NCBI GenBank assembly: GCA_036630325.1
Contig: CP142730.1
Span: 558,001-622,000, forward strand
DNA: 64,000 nucleotides
DNA from: Vairimorpha necatrix
Taxonomy: Eukaryota
Direction of reading: 5' to 3'
Position 1 is the stretch's first letter, and each line of letters starts with the position of its first letter. Shown here in pieces: positions 20,297-32,102 of this stretch. Both the position numbers and the translations under genes were made by a program. The notes under the pieces are model-generated. The model saw only the letters and a program-made list of their open reading frames with translations. It made no database searches and was not told the DNA's origin.

Positions 20297-21373
20297 TTAT
20301 ATTAATAATAATACTATTAAACTATACAAAGTTATCTCCCATTTCTCATTCCCATTCTTCTTACATGCTTCCACTTCTGTATCTTCTAATACTCCACATA
20401 CATTAATTATCTCCCTATACATTTCTTCTACCTCGTTTTCATCTTCAAGTCTCATTTTTATTAGATCTCTAATAAAGAGTTTATTGTAGGTCGAGTATTC
20501 TACAGTAATTTCTTTTATAATCTTTTTATCTTTAGAAGTAAATACCCTGATTTTATAAGGGGTGTTTTTATTTAGTATTTCGTACATAGTGACGTATTTA
20601 TTATTATATTTATATTTATTATTATTATTATTGTCATTATTATTAATCATTATCTTATTGTCATTATTATCTTTCTTACTCTTTTCGTTGTCATTATTAT
20701 CTTTCTTACTCTTTTCGTTGTCATTATTGATCTCCTTCTTACTCTTTTCGTTGTCATTATTATCTTCTCTTTGAGAGTTCATCTTAATAGGTGTTATATC
20801 TTGTCCTGTATATATTTTCGCTGGTACTATTTGATACCCTTTATATTTTATTATCTCCACCACTCTTTCTAATATGTCCAGACTCTTCTCATATCTCTCT
20901 CTAAATACCATACTTATATTCCTTCTTCTTTCTTGATACAGTGTTGGTATAAGAAATGAATATATGTCTGCCTTCTGGTCATCTTCACTGTCTAAATTTG
21001 GTATATCTACAATATACCCTTTACTTTCTGATAAATCAATAGTCTTATTATTTATTTCTCCTACAGGAGGGAGTCTCAGTAGTCTCGGCTTGTATCCACT
21101 TTTATTTATAAATTCCTTCTCATATTTCTCTAGTACTTCTAGTACTGTCTCCTCAGAGGTTTCATCTCTTAAGATCATGCCTACTTCATAATTATTATCA
21201 AGTACTTCTTCTACTATTTCCTTATTAAAATCAGGAGAGAAAGGGTCAAAGAAGAATACTAGTGGGATATTCAAGTATACTCCTTTATTTATGATAGTAG
21301 ATATATTTTTAGTAGGGCCTTCGTCGAATGATATCATAGATTTCAAAGAGAAGACAAAAGGAAAAAAGATCAT
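20297..21373 (-). CDS. Polysaccharide (chitin) deacetylase-like surface protein, probably inactive
   Basis: ISFDEGP resembles TFDDGP and KPRLLRLPP resembles PxxFRPPY. No H(S/T)xxH motif. Hydrophobic N and C termini and an Asn/Lys-rich repeat linker. Confidence 0.7.
   Translation of the reverse strand: MIFFPFVFSLKSMISFDEGPTKNISTIINKGVYLNIPLVFFFDPFSPDFNKEIVEEVLDNNYEVGMILRDETSEETVLEVLEKYEKEFINKSGYKPRLLRLPPVGEINNKTIDLSESKGYIVDIPNLDSEDDQKADIYSFLIPTLYQERRRNISMVFRERYEKSLDILERVVEIIKYKGYQIVPAKIYTGQDITPIKMNSQREDNNDNEKSKKEINNDNEKSKKDNNDNEKSKKDNNDNKIMINNNDNNNNNKYKYNNKYVTMYEILNKNTPYKIRVFTSKDKKIIKEITVEYSTYNKLFIRDLIKMRLEDENEVEEMYREIINVCGVLEDTEVEACKKNGNEKWEITLYSLIVLLLI
20657..20765. repeat. 30-33 bp coding tandem repeat (NNDNEKSKK[D/E]) x3
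   Basis: TTGTCATTATTATCTTTCTTACTCTTTTCG is repeated inside the deacetylase-like CDS. Confidence 0.85.
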
Positions 21374-21803
21374 GAGGGAAGAAGAAGAGAAGTTTATATA
21401 GAAAAATAAGGCATATTATAATAAATTATAAGATACTTAAATTTACTACAGTATGAATTTTATAGTGAATAAAATATTATATAAAATAAATAAAATGCAG
21501 CACAATAAAATATTGCTAAATAAAATACGAAGTAGCATAAATTTTTGATAGATTAAATATTACTTAAATATATTATAGGGTAGCATAAATTTTTTATAGA
21601 TTAAATATGAATAAATTATATTTTGCTTAAATTTAATTTCCAAAAATGAAATTTGCAGCATAAACTACACATGCATAAATAAAATAAAATTTTAATAAAC
21701 TACGCATGCATAAATTAAATCTGCAATATAAACTACAATGCATAAACTACATATGCATAAATAATGTTTAAATATTATTTTAAAAATTATTATTTATTTT
21801 ACT

Positions 21804-24800
21804 TTATAACCATGCATATTCCTCTAAATTGATCTTAGACATGTTCTCTACACTAGTCCACTCGTTTATTGTCTTGATTATATCTTCAATATTCCTTGTT
21901 TTTATTATTCTTTCTTTTATCTTCTTTCTCTTTTCCTTGTTTAGATTTGTGTACACTTCTAAGATCTCCTCAGTGAAATCTTCTAGATCTTTAAATGAGT
22001 GGTAAATTAGTGACAAGAATTGTCCTTCTATTCCTTCCTTCCCGAAAAAGTGCTGTATATTCGGGGATATATAAATCTTTAGATTATAAGTCTCATTCAT
22101 TATTTCTGTATTAAATATCTTCTTATTTATATACATTCCCTTGTCTGAGTAGATCATTATATTACTAGGCCTCATATTTATAGTATGGAGCATATAAGAG
22201 ACTATGAAATGAGAAGAGTAAGACGAGATCAGTGAATTCCTAAAGAGGAGATATTTATAAGGACAAGAGAATGAAGATTTAAAGTGTTTCTTTAAGATAT
22301 CTTCCGTTACATTATTCTTTAGAATATTAGTAAAGGCCTTAAGCTTAGTCTTATTTGATAATTTCGGGGTAAATTTGCATATTTCAAATTTGCCCTGTAA
22401 TATGTCGTGTATTCTTGGGTCTTCTTTATTTATAATTTCCAAATTAGAGAAGACGAAATTATTATAGAAGTCTAAATTTAGCATTCTATTTGTATCTTCT
22501 TTAATATTCTTATTTTTATCTTGTATATTAATAGTATTAATAGTATTAATAGTATTTGTTATTTCTTTAATATTCGTACTATCTTCTTTACTATAATCCA
22601 TACAATTCGTACTATCTTCTTTAATATCATCTTTACTATAATCCATAAAATTTGTACTATCATTTATTACATTAATTGTGTGCTGATGTGTATTAATTTC
22701 TAGTTCTTTAATATATTCAAGAATGACATGCTCTAAATTATTCCTTATTCTATATTCCTCATAGATAAAGTCTAGATCTGTGTATGAATCTTCTACTACA
22801 TTTATAAACATGTCTTCTTTGGCTTGTACATTCTTCAATAGTGGGAAATATCCTTCTCTAATATTTATCTCATAATTATTACTCATCTTATAACTTAGTA
22901 GATTATAAATATGAGTCAGATTTGTCTCCTTCTTAGAAATCTGATAGAATTCATATTTGTATGACTTCCCATCTGAGCATACGAAAGTGAGATCTTCTAT
23001 CTTTTCATATTGTCTATTACAGTAACTTATCACTGTAGTGACTACTTCTATATAAGGAATATTCTTATAATCATGTCTTATCTCATTATATCCTCCAAAT
23101 AAATACTTCTTTATATTTCCCCGTACTAAGAAGTCATTGTATCTTACTCTTAGATCTATATTGTAATTATCTTCTGTACCACTCAGGAGAAGAGTAATCT
23201 TCTGTCTCATTAGTAGAAGAATCTCTAGTAATTTATAAGAACAGAACACTAGTGTCTCCTCCAGATTTGTAAAGAGAGACATAAAAGGGAGGAGAGTGTG
23301 GATCTGCCTCTTCATACTCTGAAACAAGTCTATAAATTTACTCTTTAGATCTCTCTGGTCATAATTAAATGTTATAATATCTGATATAATACTATCTAGT
23401 ATTTGGATTATAGATGACTCATTCTTAAATGCCCTGTAATCTACTACATTAATAAACTTAGATAATACTAAATTAGTATTATTTATATTCATAATATTAT
23501 TAAGATCTTCTAGAATACTCAGGGCTCTATTATAAATTATATTATCAGGTATCTTCTTAGTAGTCTCTAGGAATAAATTCATATAAAAGATCACGGGCTG
23601 GGGATAGACTTCAAATATCTTAGAGAGTATTTGACTTATATATTTATAATTATCTGTATGAATTAACTCTACTAATTTAGAAATGTAGAATACGAATGTA
23701 TTAACATTACAATTATTCATCAGATTTATAAAGAGATCCATCTCTGTATTAATGACTCTACTAGACAGGACATTAATAAAGATAATCATAATATTATGAG
23801 AGGTCTCTAATTCTGCACAGGATAAGCCCATTAAAATCGAGCAAATTATTTCATCATCAAGAAAGCTAGTAGATGTGTCTTTACTAGAATTAGTATGATT
23901 ATTTCTTATTAATATTCTGATGTAATGATAATAATTCTCCCCAATATTACTCAAATGTATGGACTGGAAATATAACTTCTCTGCTTCTTCATAAAGTCCT
24001 AATTTTTCACTGAATAATCCCCTCATTCTGAATAAATTACTACTCTGACTATCTAAGAAATGACTCACATTGGTAGAATTGGCCAGATCTAGTCCAAGTT
24101 TATATTCCTTCATTTCATAGAAGCACATTAATTCATAAATCACTTTATGATACGCGTCTAATACTTTGATACTCGGGAGATCAAAAACAGACTTAAAAGA
24201 AAACAAGGCATTGTCAAAATACCCCTTCCTCAGGGAGGCCAGTCCTAAATAATTACTATTCTTCCCTAATCCATTATTCCCTTTAAAATACATACTCTTC
24301 TTTAACTGCTTAATTGTCTCTGTGTACTCTTTATTCTTATTTACTATACCACTTATATCATTCTTAATATCTCCCTTTATTCCTGAGAGATCATTGTCTA
24401 ATACACTCAGATCTGAGAAAGTCAAGTCATTACTAAAATCTTCTATCTTTCTATAAGCATGTTTCCTCCAAGTACTGAACTTTAATAAACTTAAAAAGTC
24501 ATTTTCGAAATTGGGCTCTCTGTCTTCCCATCTGAAAAGTATGGAATTAATCTTGTCACTGTTCTCTAAAGAATTATTAAAAATAAAAGAAATCTCGTGC
24601 ATCTCAAAGATGATCTGTAAGAAAATCATGTACGAATTATCATGGAATACAGAATTGGGACCAAATAGAATCTTCTTATTAATTTCCTTAATCAAAGAGA
24701 CTGCTTTCTCTATACTGAAATTATCAAAGAGCATAATAAAGAGCTCATAAAATAACCACTCTGGATTATTTGATAAATTATTAAATCCACTTTCTACTCT

Positions 24801-27800
24801 GATAAAATTAGAGAATATTTCTCTTTCATGGACATTATTGAAATTATTAGTGTAGAACATCGAATCTGCTATTAAAATGACATCTCTCTTTTTTCTTCCT
24901 ATGTTCAGAGTCAAGTCCCATTGTTGTAACTCTTTGGCGCATTTAATCCATTCATCAAGCACTAGATCATACTCGTCTTTATAATAAGACATTTTAGATT
25001 CTATCGCTTTAGTCTGAAATTCCTCATAGATCTGCTGTGCCTCTTTAATTTTCCCTAATTGATGATAAAGTGTCGCCTTAGATAATTCTGGTAATTTTGA
25101 ATATGCCCTTAGAGATCCATAATAATAATCCTTCATACACATGTCATAAAGCGTCTTACTGTCTTTTAATTCCGCATAGAAAGCCCAGCAACTTGGTCCA
25201 TTTCTAAGATATTTAATAGACTTCTTAATATTCTCAATATTATCAAAATAATTATGTCTAGAAAGATATCTCAAGAATAAAAGAGAAATCTTCTCATTAT
25301 TATTTATATGAGACACTAAAATAAATATTCTATTAGCAATATCTTCAATATCACTAGTATTATCTTTAGGACTGTTTGGTAACTCTAAATTTAATATTAT
25401 CGACTCCAAGATATTTATACATGAATCATAAGAATGATAAATGAAATCTAAAATATTAGATAATTGATTACAGGGAGAATATTGCTGGACGAAATCATGG
25501 AAATTGACTATATATTTCTCTACGTAAGTTTTATATGTTTCTTCTATATATTCAAATGGGATCTTCTCTAAGGATTCGTCAAAGTAAAATGAAGACTTCG
25601 ACACACCGGCGCCAAATAGCCTGAAAGTAGACAAGTCAACATCTCCAAGAGGAATAAGTAACATCCTGGCTATAATATAAGGAATATAATATTCATCTGT
25701 AAATGACCAGTCTAAATTTAGTAATTCTAAGAATCTTATATTTAAATTTCTAGAAATCATCTCGTCGAATAATTGGAAATATCTCAGTCTTATCTCTGAC
25801 TTCTTATTAATAAGGCCATAATAAAAAATCATGCTCAAATTACTTAGACTGTGAATCTTTACATTCTTATTTGCAAGGAAGAAATTCAGTGCACAATTCA
25901 GAAAGTCATTCTGCTTAATTATAAATATTCCTTCTTTTAATTTATTATAAATTATCGAATACATAGTCATTGTGTCATTTATAGACAAATCTTCTATCAA
26001 GACTGACCCTATGACTTCTGAAATATCTAGTGAATTATTATTGTAATTTTTCAGTATCTTAGTGATAAATGATAATATCTTATGAACATTCCCTTTATCT
26101 GTCATCATTTTCAGAATTTTATTAAAATAATACTGTCCGTCTGGATTTAAATTATATTTCATATCTAATTCATCCTTAAATATTTCATATATTTTTTCAT
26201 GGTCTATTTCTACCTCATCATTATTAAATTGTACTTCTAGAATATGATAAATAAGACTTTTTTCGTATTTTGTATCTTCTGATAAATTTATGTGTTCTCT
26301 GATATATTTTACTAACTCTTTAGATATCTGAATATTGTACAAATATGGCTTGATTATTGAAATGTAACTCGGTATTAATTTCTTTATATGTTCAATATTC
26401 TTAGTATCTTCATTGTTCTTACTCTTAATTTCTAAATATCTGATCATATTATGAATGTTGACATTATTAAATTCTAAAAGATCCAAATTTATATCAAAAT
26501 CGTATTTCTTGAAAATATCCATGAAAATATCTGAGGCGTCATTTGTCTTCTGGAGATTATTGTAATATGAGACAATTTTAGAATAGAAATCTATGAGAAT
26601 TTCATTCTCATAAATATTAACCTGGTTTTTTGTATAAAATCCACAGATTATATCGAATAAATATGTCCCAGTCTTATAATACAATTGTATAGAAGTATTA
26701 AATAGTCTATAAACTACTAGTACTAATTCCATGACTATATCAGAAGTAAGTAAATCAGGCTTAGAAATTAGTAAAGGATAAAGTATGAAAATATTGGAAA
26801 TATATTTCGACTCTAATCTTATGTACTTCAATATGTCTTTCTCGTAAATACTATTATCTGAATCATTGTTCTGCTCTACTATCTTTTTTAGACAATATAA
26901 AGTATATTTTCTTTCTTCGTGGGACAAGTCTAAAAGCATAGAGAAATATTCTTGTCTGGGCTGGAATGTACACAAGTAATACAGGAGGCAAGACCTTATA
27001 TTGATATTATTTATATTCTCATTACAATATCTGGACATTTTCGAATTATAAAACTTTTCTTCTACAAATATTTCTATTAACATCCAGGAATGTTCACCAA
27101 AATAATCTATTAATTTCTCGTAATTGCTCACATCTGCTCTTGACAAGCTCTTTAGTAGGCAACCCATGACAGATTTATTTCTTAATTTCGCAAATGTCTT
27201 GACCTTGACAGAATCGTAAATTCTAAACAGTGGATCTATTTTGAAGATGACTTCTAAATCATCATCACTGAAATTATTGATAGAATATTTAAAATATTCT
27301 ATGATCGAGTCTGTGGTCTTATTCGTCTTCTTTAGTTCACTGAAAATCATGAGTGCCAATTGTATCTGAGTATGAGATATTTCATATTCTATTAGTTTAA
27401 GAAATCTTAAGAGATTTATTCCTTTTTCTATGTCTACGGTATTCGAGATATCTAAATTATCAATCATGATTTTTAATTCGTCTTCATTTTTTATGTCTAA
27501 AACATTCGAAATTTCTAAATTATTGAGCATCTTCTTTACATTATCCTCATCTAATGAGCTAATTGCGACTAGTCCTAATTTATTACCTGATACTTTTAGA
27601 TTATTTATATATTTTCTAAATGAGTCTACTTTCTTATAAAGGATTTCTGACAGATACAAAATTGGATTACTTGTAATATTCATGACAATTAATGGATAAG
27701 TTAGATTTGAATATGTCTCTAAATATTCCAGAAACCTTTTCTCTATCTTTTTGATGTAAGACCTAGAAAACTCAAAGAGTAAGGTGTAGACCATAAGGAT

Positions 27801-30800
27801 AACTTTGTCGTATAATTGTTCCTGGTCAGGATAAAGAAGACTAAGCTCAAATGTCTTTATGAGAATGGAATTTTCTTCTGATTCAGTAAAAATACAAATT
27901 TCTCTGTGAGTTCTAAATTCCAAGAAAATCTTCTCAATAAACGCCACCAATCTTTCGTCTTTGAATTTTGATAATATTAATAATATGGAAATCATCTTCT
28001 TAATTGTGTCTACTGATAATAATTCAGATAATAACTCTTCATATTTCGTTTTTACAATTGTCTCTACTACAGTATTATTTGCCTCTTCAAATTTCAATAA
28101 TGGAAGTACTAGTCCCTTAGGTAAAGTGGAAAATATAAAGTCAAATGACAATTTTCCGTTCACTTTGTTATTACAATACGCGAGATATAAAAATGCGGTC
28201 TCATATTTTAGATATTTTGTATAAGATTTCTCATCGTCGTCATAATATAAAGAATATATAAAATCTCGACTTTTCAAAATATTATTTTGATATTCTATGA
28301 AATCACTGGAGTAAATTACGGACACATCTGTTTGGAAAAATGAATTAGGAGGTATCTCGAAAGCCTTGAAATGTTTAAGATAATAATAAAACATTTTCAC
28401 AAAGCCCTTAATTTCTGCATTGCCCAAAAAGAAGAGGAATGCTTTAAGTATAAAAACAAATACATCTAGTCTCATATAAATATCTTCTAGGTCCTTTTTA
28501 AGTCCAATATCTTTTAGGAATAATTTTACTGATTCGTGGTAGACTGAAATCTGCTCAATATCCTTAAATTTCCTTTTTAGTTTCTTCAAGCATTTCTTCG
28601 CAAAACTTCTTTCTAGCTCATCTTTGCTCATAAGGAAATTTATTAGTGGGCTGTATAAAACATTGACACTAGATTCTATGCCATTTAAGATTAATAAATC
28701 CAGAAGACAATCAAATGTAATAGTAATCTTAGTATAATCCCCTTTGCTATACCTAATATATTTTAGAATTTGATTAAATATTGAAAGTAATTCTTTTCTT
28801 ACCCAAGTCATTGGTAAATAGTCCCAAATTATTAATCCACAGATTGCATTGACCCCTGCTCGCTTCTTTCGTTCATTTGAAGATTCGCTCAATTTAATTA
28901 TTTGCTTAAAAATGAACTGTAAAATTCCAAGTTTCAAAAAGTTGTCAACAGATCCAGAAAATTCAAATGTTCTAGTTAGTAAATCGTGCAATAGAACTAT
29001 TGGCATCTTTTTATCATTGAATTCAAACCCTTCTAAAAATGCTCTGTACACTAAAAAATGATTAAAATAAATTATAAATTTGGCTTTGGGCCATTTAAGT
29101 CTTCTAGCCATCCAAAAATTATTTGATACTTCAGAAATACATTTTAGTAAAGATGTGGCTTTTGATTCTAAGAAAGTACCTTCACAAGCATATAATGCCT
29201 GTATAGAATCATAAAGGTATTGTGATTTCTTCAGTTGACTAAAATATGACAAGTTACATAATTCTGATAAATATATGTCGTCATTTGTATCTTGAATATT
29301 TTTAGGAATTAAGTTTATGTTTTTATGAAGTTCTCCCCACCACTTTAATAATTGAGGCGTTATATCCAATTTAACATAGTCACTAAAGCCTAAAATTGAA
29401 CATATAAATCCAGAAAGAATGTCTAAGGCAGCTTGCAATTGTTTTTTATTGTCTAGTTTAACTTTATCAAATTTCTTGAACATAATTGCAAGTCTGTGAT
29501 TTCTAATTCTCATGGCATTTGAATATTTTAAAGATCCTCTAAAATAATATAGTATTTCCTCGATTAAACTGTGCAATTGAATCTTAAATGGTGAAGAATC
29601 TTCAGAAATATCTAAACTTACAATATTTTGATTGGCGCTAATTCCATAAATCTGATCTCTATAAAAAGATCCATCTTCATAATATAAATTATTGTACAAA
29701 TATTTCTTATGGAAAGACTTCAGTCTTCCAAGGATTTGTGCACAATATGTTGACAATTTTGGATTTGACAATGAAGACTTAACTTCTTTAAAAAGTTCTA
29801 TTAGTAAATTTTCTTTTTTCTCTGAGTAAGTCTCCTTCTTCGTGTTATCAATTAAATAGAGTAAATAATTTAAGGCTTTTATGGTGACCTCACTTCTATT
29901 TTTCAAAGATTCTATTATTGGTAAAATTAAAATTTCCCAATCTGCTAGTATTAAATTTAGATTAATTGGTATGGAAAATATTAGGTCCAAATAAAGGTTA
30001 TTCTTTTCTAAGGTATGGAAATTTATGAATATTTCTACATAATCTTTAAAATTCTTAAAAAAATGCATTTGAAATACATTGATATTTTCCTTTAAATTAT
30101 TAAGACTCTTAAAGCATAAGAGTAGAATTTCATGCATATCTTGAACATTAGATTTTACCAAAATATCTAAACATTTTAAGACATTTTCTGTGTCTTGTTG
30201 TGTAAAATTAAACCCATCTCTACAAAATCTCTCAATTATTAAATCGAAATACAGATTATAAAAATTATGCTTGTTATATTTTCTTAGATCTGATTGCTCT
30301 TGGAAAGTATTGGTTCTATTTTTACTAGAGAAATTTCCAACGGGTTTTAAATCTTCGTTAATAACAGATGATACGAAATCCTGTGTTAATATATTTTTTA
30401 GTAAATTCAGATAATTTGAAATTCCATAATACTGACCCACTGTAGTGGACGCCATCTTCTTGATAATTTGGAACGAAAATATTTTTTTATGGGACAGTTT
30501 TACAAGTTTAGTTGAGAACTCTCTGTTTAAATCATTAAATATAAATTCAAAAGGACTACAAAATAACAATATAAAATCATCTATGACTTGATATTCCGTA
30601 TCATCAAAATCTAAAATTGACAGCAAGTCAAGAGAAGCATCAAAAGTTCTGAAAAAAAGATCCTTTTTAAAGTACCCTGAAATCAATGTTTCCGATGTCG
30701 ACTGCACAAATTCCTGAATTTTTTCGGTGAGATCTCTACAAACTTTACTTATTGAAATAAAAATAGACTTGATTAATAACAAATGCCGCGGCTCTTTTGT

Positions 30801-32102
30801 AGACTTTGCAAAAATCTCTAATCCTTCTATGATCCTTGTTATTAGCGAGAAAGCATTGCAAGATAATTCGATTTGTTCTAGTTTTTGAAGTCTTCCCTTA
30901 TATATGTAGTACATTTCTCTGTTTATGCAAGAGACGAGTTCTTTCACAATTTCCAGATGGAATTTGACCGATTTTTCATAAATCAAAAATTTATCATCTT
31001 CTACTAAAAACACAGCTCCCTTCTTTTCTAAGTCTTCTAATTTACATAAGTTTTGTATGTCTGTGTTTTCATTGTATCTACTAATTATTGATAAACTTGT
31101 GTATAAAACTTCTTCAGTTCTATACAATAATTCAAAATATATTCTAGCCCCAAAGTGATCAGAATATGATCCCAATACGTCTATTAATCCAATCAATCCT
31201 TTAATATTAGTGACATGAGCTTCAGAGCTATAGAAAAATCTCAAATCAAAAAGCTCTTCTATTTTTGACACATAAATGTCCCTTGTTTTTAAGATCATTA
31301 CAAATATAAAATACAATAATTCTTTTCGTATTTCAGTCGCATTAAGCGGACAATAAAATATAGCAAATTTAGATAATTCGAGAATTGTATTGCTATAGTT
31401 TTCATTTCTAGATATAAAAACATTTGTATTTGATATCAATTTGATTAACTTTGAAATTGATGATATCACTACCAAAGATATATTCTTCTTAAAATTTATC
31501 ATATCCATTACTTTTTTCTCATCTAAATATGAAATAAAGAAATTTACACATTTAAAAATTATAATTTCTATTTTCTTCTTCAAATAGGCGTATCTCTGGT
31601 TTAATTCTGAAATATAAATAAATAATTCTATTAAACACATAAAAGATTCTTGGATTAATTCATCATTGCTATTTTCTAATTTTCCAAATATTCGATTTAC
31701 TAATTGTAGTAAAATATTAGTATGATCTTCTATAGTATCTTCATTTTGATTTGTATATCTATTAATTAAAGCAAAGCACTTAATAGCTAACATTGTATTA
31801 ATCATATAATCTTTCTCTAATACATCATTAAGAATATCAATTAAATCTTGTGTAATGAATTGTTCTATAGAAATCTTATTCATAATATTCAAAATAAAAA
31901 ATCTACACTTATTATTTTCACTGTTACTGTTTTTATCAGGAGGCACTTTTTCTAATACTTTAATAGAAAAAGGAAGGAAGTCGGAAATAAATTCATCTGG
32001 TTTTAGTAACTGAAAAAAATCTTTTTTGTTCCTGAGAATCTGTTCAATCTTTACACACTTCATTATATATGAATCGTTATTGTAAATAATTTCTTTTAAC
32101 AT
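21804..32102 (-). CDS. TRA1: TRRAP/Tra1 PIKK-family pseudokinase scaffold (SAGA/NuA4)
   Basis: 3432 aa. HEAT-like region, FAT segment (LYHQLGKIKEAQQIYE...WIKCAKELQQWD), SDGKSY before a kinase-like domain lacking catalytic motifs, ISPNIQHFFG.EGIEG, and a FATC-like end ...YAWL. Confidence 0.85.
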   Translation of the reverse strand: MLKEIIYNNDSYIMKCVKIEQILRNKKDFFQLLKPDEFISDFLPFSIKVLEKVPPDKNSNSENNKCRFFILNIMNKISIEQFITQDLIDILNDVLEKDYMINTMLAIKCFALINRYTNQNEDTIEDHTNILLQLVNRIFGKLENSNDELIQESFMCLIELFIYISELNQRYAYLKKKIEIIIFKCVNFFISYLDEKKVMDMINFKKNISLVVISSISKLIKLISNTNVFISRNENYSNTILELSKFAIFYCPLNATEIRKELLYFIFVMILKTRDIYVSKIEELFDLRFFYSSEAHVTNIKGLIGLIDVLGSYSDHFGARIYFELLYRTEEVLYTSLSIISRYNENTDIQNLCKLEDLEKKGAVFLVEDDKFLIYEKSVKFHLEIVKELVSCINREMYYIYKGRLQKLEQIELSCNAFSLITRIIEGLEIFAKSTKEPRHLLLIKSIFISISKVCRDLTEKIQEFVQSTSETLISGYFKKDLFFRTFDASLDLLSILDFDDTEYQVIDDFILLFCSPFEFIFNDLNREFSTKLVKLSHKKIFSFQIIKKMASTTVGQYYGISNYLNLLKNILTQDFVSSVINEDLKPVGNFSSKNRTNTFQEQSDLRKYNKHNFYNLYFDLIIERFCRDGFNFTQQDTENVLKCLDILVKSNVQDMHEILLLCFKSLNNLKENINVFQMHFFKNFKDYVEIFINFHTLEKNNLYLDLIFSIPINLNLILADWEILILPIIESLKNRSEVTIKALNYLLYLIDNTKKETYSEKKENLLIELFKEVKSSLSNPKLSTYCAQILGRLKSFHKKYLYNNLYYEDGSFYRDQIYGISANQNIVSLDISEDSSPFKIQLHSLIEEILYYFRGSLKYSNAMRIRNHRLAIMFKKFDKVKLDNKKQLQAALDILSGFICSILGFSDYVKLDITPQLLKWWGELHKNINLIPKNIQDTNDDIYLSELCNLSYFSQLKKSQYLYDSIQALYACEGTFLESKATSLLKCISEVSNNFWMARRLKWPKAKFIIYFNHFLVYRAFLEGFEFNDKKMPIVLLHDLLTRTFEFSGSVDNFLKLGILQFIFKQIIKLSESSNERKKRAGVNAICGLIIWDYLPMTWVRKELLSIFNQILKYIRYSKGDYTKITITFDCLLDLLILNGIESSVNVLYSPLINFLMSKDELERSFAKKCLKKLKRKFKDIEQISVYHESVKLFLKDIGLKKDLEDIYMRLDVFVFILKAFLFFLGNAEIKGFVKMFYYYLKHFKAFEIPPNSFFQTDVSVIYSSDFIEYQNNILKSRDFIYSLYYDDDEKSYTKYLKYETAFLYLAYCNNKVNGKLSFDFIFSTLPKGLVLPLLKFEEANNTVVETIVKTKYEELLSELLSVDTIKKMISILLILSKFKDERLVAFIEKIFLEFRTHREICIFTESEENSILIKTFELSLLYPDQEQLYDKVILMVYTLLFEFSRSYIKKIEKRFLEYLETYSNLTYPLIVMNITSNPILYLSEILYKKVDSFRKYINNLKVSGNKLGLVAISSLDEDNVKKMLNNLEISNVLDIKNEDELKIMIDNLDISNTVDIEKGINLLRFLKLIEYEISHTQIQLALMIFSELKKTNKTTDSIIEYFKYSINNFSDDDLEVIFKIDPLFRIYDSVKVKTFAKLRNKSVMGCLLKSLSRADVSNYEKLIDYFGEHSWMLIEIFVEEKFYNSKMSRYCNENINNINIRSCLLYYLCTFQPRQEYFSMLLDLSHEERKYTLYCLKKIVEQNNDSDNSIYEKDILKYIRLESKYISNIFILYPLLISKPDLLTSDIVMELVLVVYRLFNTSIQLYYKTGTYLFDIICGFYTKNQVNIYENEILIDFYSKIVSYYNNLQKTNDASDIFMDIFKKYDFDINLDLLEFNNVNIHNMIRYLEIKSKNNEDTKNIEHIKKLIPSYISIIKPYLYNIQISKELVKYIREHINLSEDTKYEKSLIYHILEVQFNNDEVEIDHEKIYEIFKDELDMKYNLNPDGQYYFNKILKMMTDKGNVHKILSFITKILKNYNNNSLDISEVIGSVLIEDLSINDTMTMYSIIYNKLKEGIFIIKQNDFLNCALNFFLANKNVKIHSLSNLSMIFYYGLINKKSEIRLRYFQLFDEMISRNLNIRFLELLNLDWSFTDEYYIPYIIARMLLIPLGDVDLSTFRLFGAGVSKSSFYFDESLEKIPFEYIEETYKTYVEKYIVNFHDFVQQYSPCNQLSNILDFIYHSYDSCINILESIILNLELPNSPKDNTSDIEDIANRIFILVSHINNNEKISLLFLRYLSRHNYFDNIENIKKSIKYLRNGPSCWAFYAELKDSKTLYDMCMKDYYYGSLRAYSKLPELSKATLYHQLGKIKEAQQIYEEFQTKAIESKMSYYKDEYDLVLDEWIKCAKELQQWDLTLNIGRKKRDVILIADSMFYTNNFNNVHEREIFSNFIRVESGFNNLSNNPEWLFYELFIMLFDNFSIEKAVSLIKEINKKILFGPNSVFHDNSYMIFLQIIFEMHEISFIFNNSLENSDKINSILFRWEDREPNFENDFLSLLKFSTWRKHAYRKIEDFSNDLTFSDLSVLDNDLSGIKGDIKNDISGIVNKNKEYTETIKQLKKSMYFKGNNGLGKNSNYLGLASLRKGYFDNALFSFKSVFDLPSIKVLDAYHKVIYELMCFYEMKEYKLGLDLANSTNVSHFLDSQSSNLFRMRGLFSEKLGLYEEAEKLYFQSIHLSNIGENYYHYIRILIRNNHTNSSKDTSTSFLDDEIICSILMGLSCAELETSHNIMIIFINVLSSRVINTEMDLFINLMNNCNVNTFVFYISKLVELIHTDNYKYISQILSKIFEVYPQPVIFYMNLFLETTKKIPDNIIYNRALSILEDLNNIMNINNTNLVLSKFINVVDYRAFKNESSIIQILDSIISDIITFNYDQRDLKSKFIDLFQSMKRQIHTLLPFMSLFTNLEETLVFCSYKLLEILLLMRQKITLLLSGTEDNYNIDLRVRYNDFLVRGNIKKYLFGGYNEIRHDYKNIPYIEVVTTVISYCNRQYEKIEDLTFVCSDGKSYKYEFYQISKKETNLTHIYNLLSYKMSNNYEINIREGYFPLLKNVQAKEDMFINVVEDSYTDLDFIYEEYRIRNNLEHVILEYIKELEINTHQHTINVINDSTNFMDYSKDDIKEDSTNCMDYSKEDSTNIKEITNTINTINTINIQDKNKNIKEDTNRMLNLDFYNNFVFSNLEIINKEDPRIHDILQGKFEICKFTPKLSNKTKLKAFTNILKNNVTEDILKKHFKSSFSCPYKYLLFRNSLISSYSSHFIVSYMLHTINMRPSNIMIYSDKGMYINKKIFNTEIMNETYNLKIYISPNIQHFFGKEGIEGQFLSLIYHSFKDLEDFTEEILEVYTNLNKEKRKKIKERIIKTRNIEDIIKTINEWTSVENMSKINLEEYAWL

